Positions 10,002 to 24,160 of a DNA stretch of 64,000 nucleotides are shown here, piece after piece. The position numbers and the translations under genes were made by a program. Where the stretch lies: the NCBI GenBank assembly GCA_965113315.1, contig OZ220365.1; one strand, written 5' to 3'. A model generated the notes under the pieces. It searched no databases. It saw only the letters and a program-made list of their open reading frames with translations, and had not been told where the DNA came from. Origin of the DNA: Podarcis vaucheri. Taxonomy: Eukaryota. Within the stretch, counting starts at the first letter, position 1; every line of letters starts with the position of its first letter.

Positions 10002-10171
10002 ACTTAGTTTGCAAAACTTTTCGGACTAAGCATGCAGTGACAAGAAAAGTACATGAAGGCTTGTTTAGCTTGTCAAGAGATTTGACTGCACTTAGTTTGC
10101 AAAACTTTTCGGACTAAGCATGCAGTGACAAGAAAAGTACATGAAGGCTTGTTTAGCTTGTCAAGAGATTT
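10002..10171. repeat. 82-bp direct duplication, period 88
   Basis: 10002-10083 is identical to 10090-10171. Confidence 0.9.
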
Positions 10172-11014
10172 AGGAATGTACTCTAGTTGGTCTTCCTCTC
10201 AATCTGAGTTTGGGATAATTTATTCATTAGTTGGAGAGCGCAGTAATTTGAATGCACCATTACAAGAATGCAGATATTGCTATCTGCTACTTTCCAGAAA
10301 TCTTGCCTCCAGTGTATGCTTCATTTATATAGATGGTGATTATGTTTTATTGATTAAAATCTTTAAAAATGCATGGCACAGGGTTTACATAATGGGAAAA
10401 TTAAGCACGCATTTTAACAGAATAACTTCTTTTTCAGGTGATTAGCAGTGGCTTTTAGCAGTAAGCAGCTGTAAACATTTTCAGTAATAATAAGCAAATG
10501 TTGCAGTAATACAGGAAATGCAAACTATATTAAAAGACTGCACTTATCAAAGGAACATGTCCTGCACCACCTCTTTTCCATTTTGTAGCTGCAATAGATA
10601 AATATTTTTTTCCCCAAAATGCAAAGAGTATCTGTGCTACCTTTGGAGTTATTTCATACTTGGAATGTTATATAAAGCTATGGTCAATGTTCTGCCCCGC
10701 AATGGACAAAATAGTGGGGCCAAGTCACTTCGGCAGACCGGTACAGAGAGGGGAGGGACGCAACAACGACTAGGTCACCCCGGGGACAACATGTCAGCAG
10801 GAGTTCCAGATTGGCTGTGCCAGCACATTTGCATCTGCACTGACTCCGCCTCTTTCCCCATCCAAATTCCAGTATTGTTACAAGTGTCTGAATGGATCCC
10901 ACAGGATCACTGCTCACTGGGTCCCTCAAACATCCACCTCCCAGAGGGTGATGGTATTTTTTGCTGAAACCATACGTTCATATTACCTTCACAACACTGC
11001 TTCCACTGGGTCTA

Positions 11015-11231
11015 CAGTGGTACTTCGGGTTACATACACTTCAGGTTACATACGCTTCAGGTTACAGACTCCGCTAACCCAGAAATAGTACCTCGGGTTA
11101 AGAACTTTGCTTCAGGATGAGAACAGAAATCGTGCTCTGGCGGCACAGCGGCAGCAGGAGGCCACATTAGCTAAAGTGGTGCTTCAGGTTAAGAACAGAT
11201 TCAAGTTAAGAACGGACCTCTGGAACAAATT
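11015..11231. mobile_element. Same MITE family as 8860-9123, opposite orientation, one end truncated
   Basis: Reverse complement of the 8860-9123 sequence; TA-CAGTGGTAC start. Confidence 0.8.
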
Positions 11232-11434
11232 AGAACTTTGTTGGCTTCATCAAAAAACAAACAACTAACAATGCGATGCTTGGTTTCAAAAGTGAGTGGA
11301 ACACATGCCAACTTAAATTATGCTAGGGTAAAACATCCATATTCCAAACTCAGGAGTTCAGAAGCAGGACTACTGTAAGATAAAAACAAGCCTTTAAAAC
11401 AGTTTGACTTGTAGTCCCAGCAAAGGAAGAAAAG

Positions 11435-11795
11435 GACACAAAAACTTATGGAATACGCAGAAATGGCGAAACTTGCTGGAAGAATAAGAAATCAAGATAA
11501 CAAACTTTTTATAAAAGAATGGAAATGGTTTATTGAATATTTACAGATAAATTATAAACAGATAAGAATATTGGCAGAATTATTGTAATAACCTGCAGCT
11601 TCATAAGAGTATATATTTAAAGTTGATGAATAAATGAGCAAATTAAGTTAATTTGGATATGCAGAAGATATTAAAAATAAATTTAAGGAACCACAGAAAG
11701 AAGAGGAAGGAAGTCAAGTTTTGAAATGTTAACATATTGTAAAATCAGTGAAATGTATAAACCTGAAAAGCATATTTTAGTATAAATAAATAAAT
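11435..11795 (+). mobile_element. L1-like LINE 3' fragment
   Basis: QKLMEYAEMAKL...FIKEWKWFIEYL resembles the ORF2 C-terminus; AT-rich UTR and (TAAA)n tail. Confidence 0.65.
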
Positions 11796-12032
11796 AGTTT
11801 TACTTGTACCAACCCTTTTGCTAGAGTACATTCTATCTGGTTTCCTGGTTGCATGAGTGAGCTGAAAGGAGTTAGGATGCAGCAGGAGTTAGGGTCCCTC
11901 TTGCCTGGTCAATCCTCTGCCAGTCCCCTAGAACACTCATTTTAAGATCTGCTAGTTGTGCAGCCAGCTGAAATGTGATGGGTGGCTACACTGGCGTATC
12001 TCTGACTGAAGCAGCATGTGGGTCTTACACTT

Positions 12033-12378
12033 AGGTAAAGGTAAAGGGACCCCTGACCATTAGGTCCAGTTGTCACCGACTCTGGGGTTGCAGCACTCAT
12101 CTCGCTTTATTGGCCAAGGGAGCCGGCGTACAGCTTCCAGGTCATGTGGCCAGCATGACTAAGCTGCTTCTGGCGAACCAGAGCAGCGCACAGAAATGCC
12201 ATTTACCTTCCCGCTGAAGTGGTACCTAATTATCTACTAGCACTTTGACGTGCTTTCGAACTGCTAGCTTGGCAGGAGCAGGGACCGAGCAACAGGAGCT
12301 CACCCTTTCACAAGGATTTGAACTGCTGACCTTCTGATCGGCAAGTCCTAGGCTCTGTGGTTTAACCCACAGCGCCAC
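12033..12378 (-). mobile_element. Sauria SINE
   Basis: Reverse complement of the tRNA-like head (gtggcgctgtggg...) and (ACCTTT)n tail; homologous to 40550-40913. Confidence 0.9.
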
Positions 12379-14305
12379 ACTTGCTGTGCTGCAAATCGGC
12401 TGGCTGAGCCAGAGATCTGCTGGATACTGACTTGCTCATCCCAGTGGATATTGGGATTGGATTCCTCCCTAATTCAGTTGCTGAAAGCAGTGTAAGAAGC
12501 CAGGCATTACCACTGATTGCTGTGATGATTAAGTTTGCTATAGATCATCAAAGGTCTAATCTCCTTATTTCAGAATAACTCCTAAATTCTTTGGGGAAGA
12601 CATCCATTCTTACAGTCTGTGAACTCAGTATACCCATCTATCAATCACAAGTTGTAATAACTGAACACATCTGAAATGTTAATTAACTCCTCATTCTTTC
12701 CAGACTGGACTTGAAAGACATTGTTTTAATGAGATGCTAGTACTTCTGTAATCAAAGTATTATTTTTCCAAGGGTGCTAATATTGCAAGCAGTGCCGGAT
12801 TTATGTATAGCCTTAGTAGGCTCACAAGCCCACACGCTCCCCAGCGGGCAGTCTCCCCTCTCCCAAAACTGCAAACCCAAGACTTCATGCAAGGACAGGG
12901 CAACTCAGGCCCAACAACTATGAGACTCAGGGCTAGTCAGTGGGGCCCAATTTGAAGCAGTGGGGCGCAACTTGAATTTTTTTTGTAGGGCCCCAGTTCA
13001 CAGCCAAAGTCTGCAAAATCTTACAGATATAAATAAAATCCATCTAAATTGCCCTGGTGTGGGGGCCCCCTTAGGAGCAGCACGCGGGGCCCAATTAGGC
13101 CAAATTCCTCCAATTGCCTTAAGGTTTTAAAATCACCACGGTATTTAACAATAACATCTTATGTCCTTTAGAGGAGAAATTGTGAATTGCAGAATTTTAA
13201 ATGCCCATCATCATCCTTGGCTTCACTCAGTTTTGTTTATAACACTCTTCCATTTTCTTCTAGTTGTGAAGGTGGGGGGTGGGATGGGGCCTCACAAGTG
13301 GAGTAGCCTAGGGCCTCTCTTCATCTAAATCTGGCCCTGATTGCAAGTGTTCAAATATGAGGTAAAGGACTTTATTAAAAAGAAAGAAAGAAAGCAAAAA
13401 TCCCTGTTGTATGAAGAAAGGAAATGGTATGAGTATATAAAGGGACTTTCTGGCTAATGTCGTGGCTTGAGTAATTTATTATTTGATGAAACGTAGCAGC
13501 TGCTTCCCAGAAACTATTCTTCTTCCCCACTGGTAGAGGAATAATCACAGGAAGTTGTTCAATCAAAAAGGTCATTTCTGCCTTCCAGGAAAATGTTTAC
13601 TAAATTGATAGTAGCTGAGCCTGAAACTAAATGAAAACTTTTCATCAGCCTTAAGACATATTGCAATTTGTTAAATACAGTATATTTCAAAAAGCTAACT
13701 TTAATTTTAATACAGTTCAAAATTATTCCTGTGATTGTTTCTTTCCGAACCCATAACATAGATCTTTGAAAGAGTAGGAGGACAAAAAAGATGTTTTATT
13801 GATTTACTATGCATGGCAAGCTGCCCATTAATTGAACATGCTGATAATCCATTTTATTGCCCATCTATCTCTGAATCTAATTATGTTATGCACGGAGATG
13901 CAAGGAGATATAGATACAGATAGAGATATATCAATTCATTTCAGAGCCATACTGCAAAATGCAGGCATGCCTTCAACACTTTAGACCAGGGTTGGGAAAC
14001 CTCTGACCCAGGGGAAGAATGTGCCACCCCAGACCTCTCTGTCCGGCACTTGGACCTCTCCCCAGTACCCCTCCCCCCAAGTGCTTTCACTCTGGCAGGA
14101 ATGTGTCATTGAACCAAGAACGGTGTGAGAATGTGTGTATCTCTATGTAATAAAAATAGAAGAATGGCACCACACAGCCTCCATTTGAGGATTTGTGGTG
14201 CTGCTCCACAATCCTGGATTTAATGTATGAATTCAGGGCAGTTGGGAGGAACAAAAATGAAGGCAGGTTACACAACAGCAGTAACCATAGCATGGGAACA
14301 ACAAC

Positions 14306-14553
14306 AAGAAGAAGAAGAGTTTGGATTTGATATCCCGCTTTATCACTACCCAAAGGAGTCTCAAAGCAGCTAACATTCTCCTTTCCCTTCCTCCCCCACA
14401 ACAAACACTCTGTGAGGTGAGTGGGGCTGAGAGACTTCAAAGAAGTGTGACTAGCCCAAGGTCACCCAGCAGCTGCATGTGGAGGAGCGGAGACGCGAAC
14501 CCGGTTCCCCAGATTACGAGACTACCGCTCTTAACCACTACACCACACTGGCT
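14306..14553 (-). mobile_element. tRNA-derived SINE (Squam3-like)
   Basis: A/B boxes on the minus strand (tggtgtagtggttaag, ggttcgcgtctcc), (CTT)n tail; further copies at 26772 and 48227. Confidence 0.85.
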
Positions 14554-14597
14554 TTCCAGTGGAGGAACACTGAGAGGGGAACAGTAATGGTTTAAAA

Positions 14598-15060
14598 CAG
14601 TGGTTTACAACCAGTGTGCCATGGCACCCTGGGATGCTTTGAATGGTGGTCTGGGGTGCCACAGGCAACACTGGCCTCTGACCATCTTTCCTTCCCTCCC
14701 TCTTCTGATGCATTCTTGTGTCTCTGCCTCTCAAAGGGTTGTAAAGCTGTTTGTTGCAGACACCCTGGCTACAAGATTCTTAGGTGAATGGTGCCTCTGG
14801 GGCTGGCCAGGGGGTGCTTCCTAGGTCCCTGTGGGGCAGTTTGAGGAGGCACCTCTCTTTGCGGCAGGAGCAACACAGTTCAGAGACCAGGGGCGGCAGC
14901 TTCCACTGCCCAGAGGACTTCCTAGGAGAGGGGAAAGGAGAGGAGAGGAGGGTGAGGGAACACTCCACAAGGGAGGGTGTTTTGAAAAAGAATGAAAGGC
15001 TGCCAGTTACGCAAGCAAGGGGTGACATAACTGGGCTCCTGAGCCTCACAGGGGTGCTGT
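14598..15060. mobile_element. hAT-like non-autonomous element, same family as 33810-34249
   Basis: CAGTGGTTTACAACCAGTGTGCC start and colinear similarity to the 33.8-kb copy. Confidence 0.65.
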
Positions 15061-16416
15061 TAAACAACAGCAGGTGTTTGTGTAAAGTACTGTGCATCAG
15101 TTATGGTTCTTTCAGTTTTTCACTTTTCTGTTCATCAATTCTCGAGGAAGTTGTGATTTATTTATTTTTTAAAAAGTAAAATCCTCATAGAAGCTCATCA
15201 GCATTTCCGTGCAAATCTGTCCTAGTAAGAAGCAGTTTTAACTTATACATTTTTGCAACCAATTTGCCCCAATATTGTGTGTGTGTGTGCTACTCTATGT
15301 TCATGCACACTTTATCCTAATATATGAATTTTGCTCGAATAACTGCTTCACAAATTTCAGAGCAATGCACATTTTTTTAAAGGAAGGCTCTTTTTTGGTT
15401 CTCATATTGCTTCAGAATGTGGGGAGTAAGGTAGGATTGCCGTTAAAGATGAACTGCATTGACTTTCTCCCCATGCCTATTGTGAAGGGGAGGCTGCTTT
15501 GCTGGAAGACCCCTTGGCCCCTAGGAGTTGGTTCCCCATGATTCCACCTGAAAATAACAACAGTCTGGAAGCACCTGTGTAATCTACAGTTTTCTCTTTG
15601 CAATTTCCCCCTTATAGTTTGTTTAAATCATTAAGTTTGTGTGCAGGGATCTCATCAAATGACGTATCAACAATAGCAACAAATAGCAACAATAGCAACA
15701 AATAATAAATATTCATAGTATAACCAATATTCATATTATAACCAATTTGGGGGGGAATGTGTGTGTGTGTGTGTAGAGAGAGGGTGAACTTAGCAAGAGT
15801 TTTAGCACCAATGCTAGTAAAAGAAGGCTAGAACCCTCTTTGTATTCTCCACAACCTTGAAATTTTTATGTGGTTCATAACATCTGCTTCAATGAACAGC
15901 AGCTGGCTAATAACTGGCCAAAATACCAGCTGAACAAGGGAGATGTGAATCATTGAACTCTACCAATTACATGCTCAAAAGGCTCCATGAAAACCAAAGC
16001 TCCCTATGTGAGTGCAATGTAACAAGTGCATTCAAAGCATCCACACTCTTCTGAGAAAATGAGGTGGCAATAGTGAAATCTTTAGAGGGTGCTATTATCT
16101 ACACTGAAAATAGTGGCCCAGAGATAATTGTAAGCCATGTGTGCTTGTGATTGAGTTTTTTGAAGCTATGGCCTCAATCCCAAGTAGTTCTGCATGCCCA
16201 GCTGCACCTTAATTTATACCTGGGGAGGGAATAAAAAGCACAGCCTACAAAACAAACCACTGTGGAAACTTAGGGGGAAATATTGTTTTGTGGTACAGAG
16301 AGAAAATGGTCCAAGGGAAAATGTCTCACTGGGGGCATGGAGATCCTTGAGCATGCCCAGTGCAGCCAGGATTGGGAAATATACAAGACTGTGTTGGTTC
16401 CTTACTTTCCCAAGTA

Positions 16417-16651
16417 CAGTGGTACCTTGGTTTTCAAACATAATCTGTTCCGGAAGTCTGTTCGACTTCTGAAACGTTTGAAAACCAAGACATGGCTTCT
16501 GATTGGCGCAGGTGCCCCAGAAACAATAGCCGACAGCCACATTGGATGTTCGGCTTCCAAAAATTTTTTGAAAACCGGGACACTTACTTCCAGGTTTTCG
16601 GCGTTCGGGAGCTGATTTGTTCGTCAACTACAGAGAACCAAGTTTCCACTG
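16417..16651. mobile_element. Tc1/mariner-pogo-type MITE
   Basis: TA-CAGTGGTACCTTGGTT ... AACCAAGTTTCCACTG-TA. Confidence 0.8.
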
Positions 16652-17171
16652 TAGTCATTTCTGTGTACAATAAAGGTGCCCAATAGTTTGGAAAAATGCC
16701 TCTCAGTAACTATAACAATTAAATCCAGCTATGAGAGGGGTAAGGAAGTAGTCCACCTTTCCACAAGCAACGCAAGCTTTGATCCAATAAGGTTGATTGG
16801 AAATTCCAAGAACCGAATTCATACAAGCTAGGCTGTACCCATGCTCATCAACATGACAGTTTGAGGAGGGTTGGCACATTTGCCCCTGCCAGAAATGAAT
16901 ATCAGGAGCGGGAGCATGCGTATTATTTATCTTAGCTTTATGTGGTATGGTTGCAGTAACAGCTTCTTTCCCCCCCTTCCTAGTTCTCTCCTGCTGGGAA
17001 TCTGACTGGAGGTCAATATTTCTCACCTGCAGGATTATGTTCTACGTAGCTACATTAAGTGACAAGAAACAGTCAGGAAATGGGCTCCCCCCCCCTTTCC
17101 TCAGGAGTAAGGAAGCCTTTACACAATACACATGAGTAAATTATCTTTATTTGAATAAATGTCAACAAACA

Positions 17172-17204
<33 letters not shown>

Positions 17205-19900
17205 TTATACCCCGCCCATCTGGCTGGGTTTCCCCAGCCACTCTGGGCAGCTTCCAACAGAATATTAAAATACAAAAACAAAAAAAGTCAAGACTATATA
17301 ATGTTTTACATGGATACAAGGCCTAGTAACCCATAATTGGTTAATTCAAATTTAAGCAGTGTTTTGCTGGCAACATGGCATCAGAGAAGGTGGTATCCCT
17401 GCATATATATATTTTTTAAAGAAGATCAACAACATGTTGAGCAACACTTGTTCTCTAGTAGTGTGTCCTGCTATGCCTATAAATCTATGTAACTCAAGGT
17501 GATTGGTGTCAATTAAGGAACAAGATCATATTTTGGGGGGAAATGTCAGTAGCAGTCATAGGAGCCAACTCCTAGGAGTCGTGGTGGCTTTGGGGCCCCA
17601 ATAAAATATTTGAGGAAGCTGCCCCCCAAAAAAAGTTTATGGGCATTGGTATTCAAATGATGCATGTGCACTGCAAATATGATCCATTATTCAGGGCAGG
17701 ACTTAACTGCCTCTCCCCCAATATTTTATTCAAGTTGGCACCCCTGGTAGCAGTTCTCAAGCTGCTGTTCAGAAAAGGAACAGTTATCACGGTAGGCAGA
17801 ACTATCCCACAGTGAGTTCTGGTATTGACGTAACTAGTCTGTGAGCCATGTTAAGCAGTCTGTCACCTTGTAGGGATCAGGAAAGCAGGAACCTGTGCCT
17901 TCAGAAGATCATGCTGAAACCATGACAAGTGCTATCTTAGCACTCCTAATACCTGGAACATGCCCCAAGCCATTTCAAAACACGGTCTCAAATGTGATCC
18001 ACCAGAGTTACAGTATTTGTAATAAACTCATAGTTACCATGGATTCCAATATCACAAACCCATCAAAATGTTACTTTCCATAACATGTCCCAATTGCTGT
18101 CACCATTTTGTATACAAGGGTATTTTTTAAGAAGTATATAAACAACAATCAATAGCTGCCAAAGTTACATTGTCAGAACTATCACATCTCCTGATTTCCT
18201 CCTTTGTAAATTAATTGTAGCTTTATTGTACAACGTTTAAAAGGTTCCCAATACATTTGTCCCTATACACTGATCAAAATGAACTTCACAGAACATTTAT
18301 TCTAGTTGCCAGATGGCCAGTTTCATCCATCTATGAAAGTCATGGGCTCCTTTATCTTCCAAAGTTTTGCTAAGCAGTTTTAAATTCATAGAGCTCCATC
18401 TGTGTTGTTATTGCTATGTTTTTTATCTTTCCAGACAATAGAAGAAAAATGATTGTAAGAACTGAATCAAAGTTGATTAAGCCATAGCAACTACAAGTAT
18501 GAGCGGAGCCAGATAAAACCCATATAGACCTATTTGAAGAGATTTCCCTCAGGGTATATCCAGCACGAACCTAATGGTTTTATATCAGTTTAACTGTAAT
18601 GGATTTCCCCAATAAATCCTGAAAGTAGAGTTTTGCCAAGGGTTTTGAACATTCCGTGTTAGAGATCCCTAGTGTGTTCTCACTTTATATGTACCAAAAT
18701 TTCCTGGTATAGAGATAGGGAACAACTTTTAAACAGGTTTAAGTCTGAAAGGTATTTGCACACTACATTCAATGAGTGCTCAATCTGTATGCACAAACAG
18801 TTGATCTGTACACTCATACAATTGATCACATGTCATGTTCAGTGTATACAGTCTTTGTATCTTTATACACAACAACTGAGCTCCACAGCTACACTATTGC
18901 AGTTAATAACTGAAGTGAACAACTAAGCAAGTGTGCACACTTTCACACAGACACATGTATAGAGACAACTTGTGTCTGTGCTCTGTGTAACATGTGAACA
19001 AGCCTGCAGTTATGTCCTAGGTTTCCCTTCTGATTTGTTGTTGCTGTTGTCATTATCGGCATTCTGTTCTTCACAATTCATTCACAACATAAGTGGAGAA
19101 CGAATCAAATAGCACTATTAGAATAACTTGTTGTCGGTGTATCAAAAACCAATCCATAAATTAAGACTGAGGTATTAAATGCTAAGCAGAATCATTTGCA
19201 GCAGCTTTAGCATAAACAAAAGGAAGCATTTCTTAACTCATAATTCATTTAAGGAATCCACTGTACAATACCTTGGTACAGGAAGCAAGCAAGAGCCATT
19301 TGGGCAAGCTAGAGTCATTATCAGAGTTCAAGAAGACAGAAAACTTGAGGAGTGGATGAAGCTGGTTCAGTGAGGTTTGTGGCCTGGCAGAAGGGGGCAT
19401 AGCTGGAAGGAGATGTGACCTGGAGTGAGGCCCAAGTGCCATACAGAGAAGTCTGGAGAGTTGCATTAGGCCCCAAGGACTGAGGTTCCTCAACTGTACT
19501 GAAGGATGTGATGCATGGATGGTCATTAACCTAGATGACTTGCAAATAGGACCTGAGACCTTGGAGCTATCTACCAATGAGCTAATAACCATAATAGTTA
19601 GGAATGAAACCTGACTGCAATTGCGGACGGGGATAACAAAGAGAAGGAGCAAGACACACGCAACCCACTAAGACATTATGAAGGTGTATGTGCTTAAATC
19701 TCCCTCTTTCAGTTGTCCATGTCAAAAGCATATTTGGCTTACACAGGGCATGAACCAGACAGCATAAAGCACTGCGGAGTCCTATTACTTTCAAAAGACA
19801 AAGGCAACCACAAGTTTTCATAATCCCCCTTGAAATCAATGGGACTTGACAGAGGAAGCTGCTCTATATTGAGTCAGACCATTGGGCCCATCTAGTTCAC

Positions 19901-19941
<41 letters not shown>

Positions 19942-20255
19942 TTTATTATTTATACCCTGACCATCTGGTTGGGTTTCCCCAGCTACCCTGAGCAACTCCC
20001 AATCTAATATTAAAAACACAATATAGCATTAAACATTAAAAACTTCCCTAAACAGGGCTGCCTTCAGATGTCTTTTAAAAGTAGGATAGTTGCTTATTTC
20101 CTTGACATCTGATGGGAGGGCATTCCACAGGGTGGGCGCCACTACCGAGAAGGCCCTCTGCCTGGTTCCCTGTAACCCTCACCCTTGCAGTGAGGGAACC
20201 GCCAGAAGGCCCTCGGCGCCGGATCTCAGTGTCTGGGCTGAACGGTGGGGGTGGA
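19901..20255 (-). mobile_element. L2/CR1-group LINE 3' end with AAT microsatellite tail
   Basis: Homologous to 43490-44050 and 50993-51375; short copies at 17176-17275 and 62445-62570. Confidence 0.75.
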
Positions 20256-20792
20256 GATTCTACATTGTCTACATTGATGGGCCAGGGCTCTCTAGAGTTT
20301 AAGACAGCCCTACCCAGGGATGTCGTCAATTGGACCAGGGCTTTCTCTTTGCAAGGCACATGGTCTACCATTGAGCTATGGCCCTTTTCCTTAACAGTGC
20401 TTAACTTTGTCTGGACTACTCTGTGCTGCAACTTCCTTGTACAAAAAAAGGCAGCCCAGTAAGCCATGCTGCTCTTGAGTAATAATGTTCTCCTCATCTA
20501 GCATCCTTTTGTGGTACACAGTGTGCCTGTATCCTAGATTCCAGATCAATAGAATGTGAAGTTAGATAGTTACCTGGGAGCTCCTAGCTACAAACCTGCC
20601 ATTAGTGCTAATGTAAAATGCATCAGCATATTGCTTTGGGAATCCCAACTCCCACTGACAAGGATTTGATTGCAACGGCTCCGAGTGAAGAGGACCTTTT
20701 TGAATCCCAGGGAACAATGTATGCCAACATTAATGACTTGCAAGGCATTTTGCATCATAGACCCTTTTCAGTAGCTACTTCAGCTTTATTAA

Positions 20793-21144
20793 TGTGTGAC
20801 CCCGAAATTCCAGATTCCTCCAAACTGATGCCAAAGTTTTGTGTAGCCCCCCAACAGGTAACTGACAAAACAAATCAGGCTCACAAGTTAATTCCAAAAA
20901 AACCAATTGATTCTAAACCAGTGCCTCAGGTGTGTGCGCCCCAGCTCTCTCATGCGCACACCTGCCCCAGGTGGCCATTTGACCATCTCAGGGCCCACAC
21001 AGGGTTGCTGTGACCGTAATTTGCTTTGTCAGTTACTCAGTTGGGGGGTGGCACAAAATGTGGGCATTGAAGCAGAAAACGGCACAAAACTAGCCCAAAT
21101 CTTTGGCATCAGTTTGGGGGGATCTGTAATTTCGGAGTCACACG
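20793..21144. mobile_element. TTAA-flanked MITE with long imperfect terminal inverted repeats
   Basis: ttaa|tgtgtgaccccgaaatt ... aatttcggagtcacacg|ttaa; complementarity extends ~80 nt inward. Confidence 0.75.
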
Positions 21145-23838
21145 TTAATGAAACACTTATACTTCAAGTGTAAACAACAAAATATTTTTTGCTGTGCCAC
21201 TGGTTTACTACACATTATTGTCCCATATTCAGTACTATAGCTCCATGTGCCTTTTTTGTCCTGTACATTAAGACATTTTTCTCTTTAAAATGAAACATAG
21301 TTACACCCTATGCCAGTTTACATCCTTCAAATGGTCTCAGTAGTTTAGTTCATAAGGAAATCAAAGTGGTTTTAGCTGACCTGTGCCATTTTACTTAAAA
21401 AAATAAAAGTAAAATATATTTGTAACTATGTTATCCTGGTAGAAATAGTCCTTCCTTGAAATTTACCACTTGCCAGCTTTTTGAAAAGCTAGAGAAAGCT
21501 TGAATCGCTTAGAAAATAACATTCCGTTTGGTTTGGTAATGTTGAAAAGGGGTACAATTTTAATTTAAGACACACTGCGGCCAGATTATTTCTCATTTCA
21601 TCCCCTGAGGAAAGCAAAAAGCAATATAGAAAGAGAGATGTTAGCTGTTGCATTCAGCAGTTAAAGTAACTATCCAAAAATTACCATTTGCATCTGATGC
21701 AAAGCTTTGTGTCATTTTGCTAACAGTGTTTTAGAACTCCTAATGTTATGGTTCAGAATATGAATTTCTACAGCTGTTAATTCATTTGTATCCTTCTTAA
21801 GATGTCAGCAGACCAAGAGTCCAAAGACAGCTGCACTGCAGAAGCACCCACAAAATCCCTTCAATGTTACATACTTACTCTTGCTCAAATTGCTTGCTTG
21901 TTCCCATGATTGTTTGTTTCTTGCAAATATTGTATGTGGTTTCTGTCCCTATCTAGATATAAAACCTCTCTTGCTTTGGGTGTGTTTATTTTGGAAAAGG
22001 GCGAAATCAAATTGCCAAGGGTTTTTCTGTCACGGGAACCAACATTCTCAAAAGTCATTATAATAAGGAGCATGTGTACACACACATGTACTAACATTAT
22101 TATCTGCGAATGGACTCTTCAAAAACTGGCAATATCGTTCTGAGCACTCACTGAAAATAGCTCATAATTATTGAGCAGATGCTAAAACAAGCCAAGAGTT
22201 TGCTTATCATTACCTCTGGTCAGTGTAAAACCTAGAAGCAGGGCCCATTTGTAATTAGATTGTGCTTCGTTTCTGAATACGTTAAAAATTGGAGTCTATA
22301 ATTAACTGAGGAACCAAATTAATTAGAGAGATGATGTACTCTTCAATTGTCTCTTGAGACATACAGATGCTAACATTAATTGCAGATTCAGGACTTCCTT
22401 CAGGGTGACCTGGGGCAGTCCAATAAGATTTGGAATTGGCTTGGGAATCTGTTGTGCCCAGATAATATCTAGTACAGCTTGTGTCCATGATATCTGAACA
22501 ATTGTGTCTCCTATCACTGAGATATTCAGAGGAGTCCTCCATGGCTCAGGCGTGTGGCTTGTACCTACCTTGGGACCCAGAGGAAGACCTGGGACCTGGG
22601 AGGAAAGAGTAGGAAATAATAAGTAGAACATGTATTGTTGAGTTTTTACATAGAAAAAAAGATTAAAAATCTAAAACAGCATCTGAAATATCCTAATTAG
22701 AACTTACTCTGCATGGCAAAGGTCTAACAGAGGAAGGAAAAACCCTTAATAACAGAAGTTCTTACCAAAGCTTATTTAGTTAATGAAAGGCAAACCTGTT
22801 TCATTAAGCACTCACCTAGCCATCAGAGTTTTAATTACTGTATTAGTCAAAATAGCAACCATTTTCTTACTAATGAGGTCTAAAAGCTAATCTTTTTGGA
22901 ATTATAATCTTCTACACTTTGAACAGGCCAAAATTGTCTGTTTAGCAGTTGGAATTTACTCACCTCTTATAGCTAAATTTCAATATGTTCAGACATAATT
23001 AAACCCAAGACTACGAAAGAGTCATATAATTCAAAAGCACAAATGTGAACTAGAGCCAGGGATAACTAAGACAAGGTGTGTGTGCAATGCACAACATGTT
23101 GTTGGACTCCTGCGTGTATCAGCTGCAACAATCATGGCCAAGGATGTGGGTGATGGAAGCTATTGTCCAGCAACATCTAGAATGGCACCGGTTCTCAATC
23201 TCTGGACTAAGATGCAAATGCATCAAGGAATGCAATGTAAAGCCCAAAAATAGAGGAAGCAGCAAACTAGGCCATTTCTGCCCTTAATGGTTGGCACAGG
23301 GCCTTGGTAACTTCAGTAGCTATAAGACAAAACTTTTTCTACACTGCCTAAAAAACTGTTGCTGTTTATTCCGCAAAGTTACATCAAATGGATGCCTAGC
23401 AACTGGTGGGCTTTCACCTCAAACAAAGCTTCTTATCATTTGTAATATGTAGTCTTTGGCCAGTTCTGCAGACTTCTGAAGACCATGTGCCCCATATGTA
23501 AAATTCAGAGGGTTGCATAAAAACAGCCTTAAAGTTTTACTAGTAAGACATCATTGTTCCCAATTGTTGGTGTTTATACAACATTTTTAAAGATTTGTCT
23601 TGAGACAGTCTTTAAACCTCTTTTGCTGACCACCAGCAATACGCTTTCCATTTTTAAGTTCAGAATAGAGCAGTTGCTTTGGAAGACGATAATCAGGCAC
23701 CTACGCTATGGGGACTGGGGCTGAGGGAGTTGGAATCCAACAACATCTGGAGGGCCTCAGACTTCCCATCACTGTTCTATATCCATTAAGTGAACACTTC
23801 TGTGAAGTGAAATCATTGTGCATTAAAGTATGCAATTC

Positions 23839-24160
23839 ATAGAATAGAATCATAGAATCATAGAGTTGGAATAGACCACAAGGGCCATCGAGTCCAACCC
23901 CCTGCCAAGCAGGAAACACCATCAGAGCACTCCTGACATATGGTTGTCAAGCCTCTGCTTAAAGACCTCCAAAGAAGGAGACACCACCGCACTCCTTGGC
24001 AGCAAATTCCTCTGTTGAACAGCTCTTACTGTCAGGAAGTTCTTCCTAATGTTTAGGTGGAATCTTCTTTCTTGTAGTTTGGATCCATTGCTCCGTGTCC
24101 ACTTCTCTGGAGCAGCAGAAAACAACCTTTCTCCCTCCTCTATATGACATCCTTTTATAT
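23839..24160 (-). mobile_element. CR1 LINE 3' end
   Basis: YIKGCH.EEG..LFS...TRSNG.KL...RFHLNIRKNFLTVRAV and (ATTCTATG)n tail; smaller CR1 pieces at ~31738-31905 and ~37545-37658. Confidence 0.9.

Noticed and set aside
20618-21013. 131-aa ORF
   Set aside because: Half lies within the TTAA MITE; no recognisable domain.
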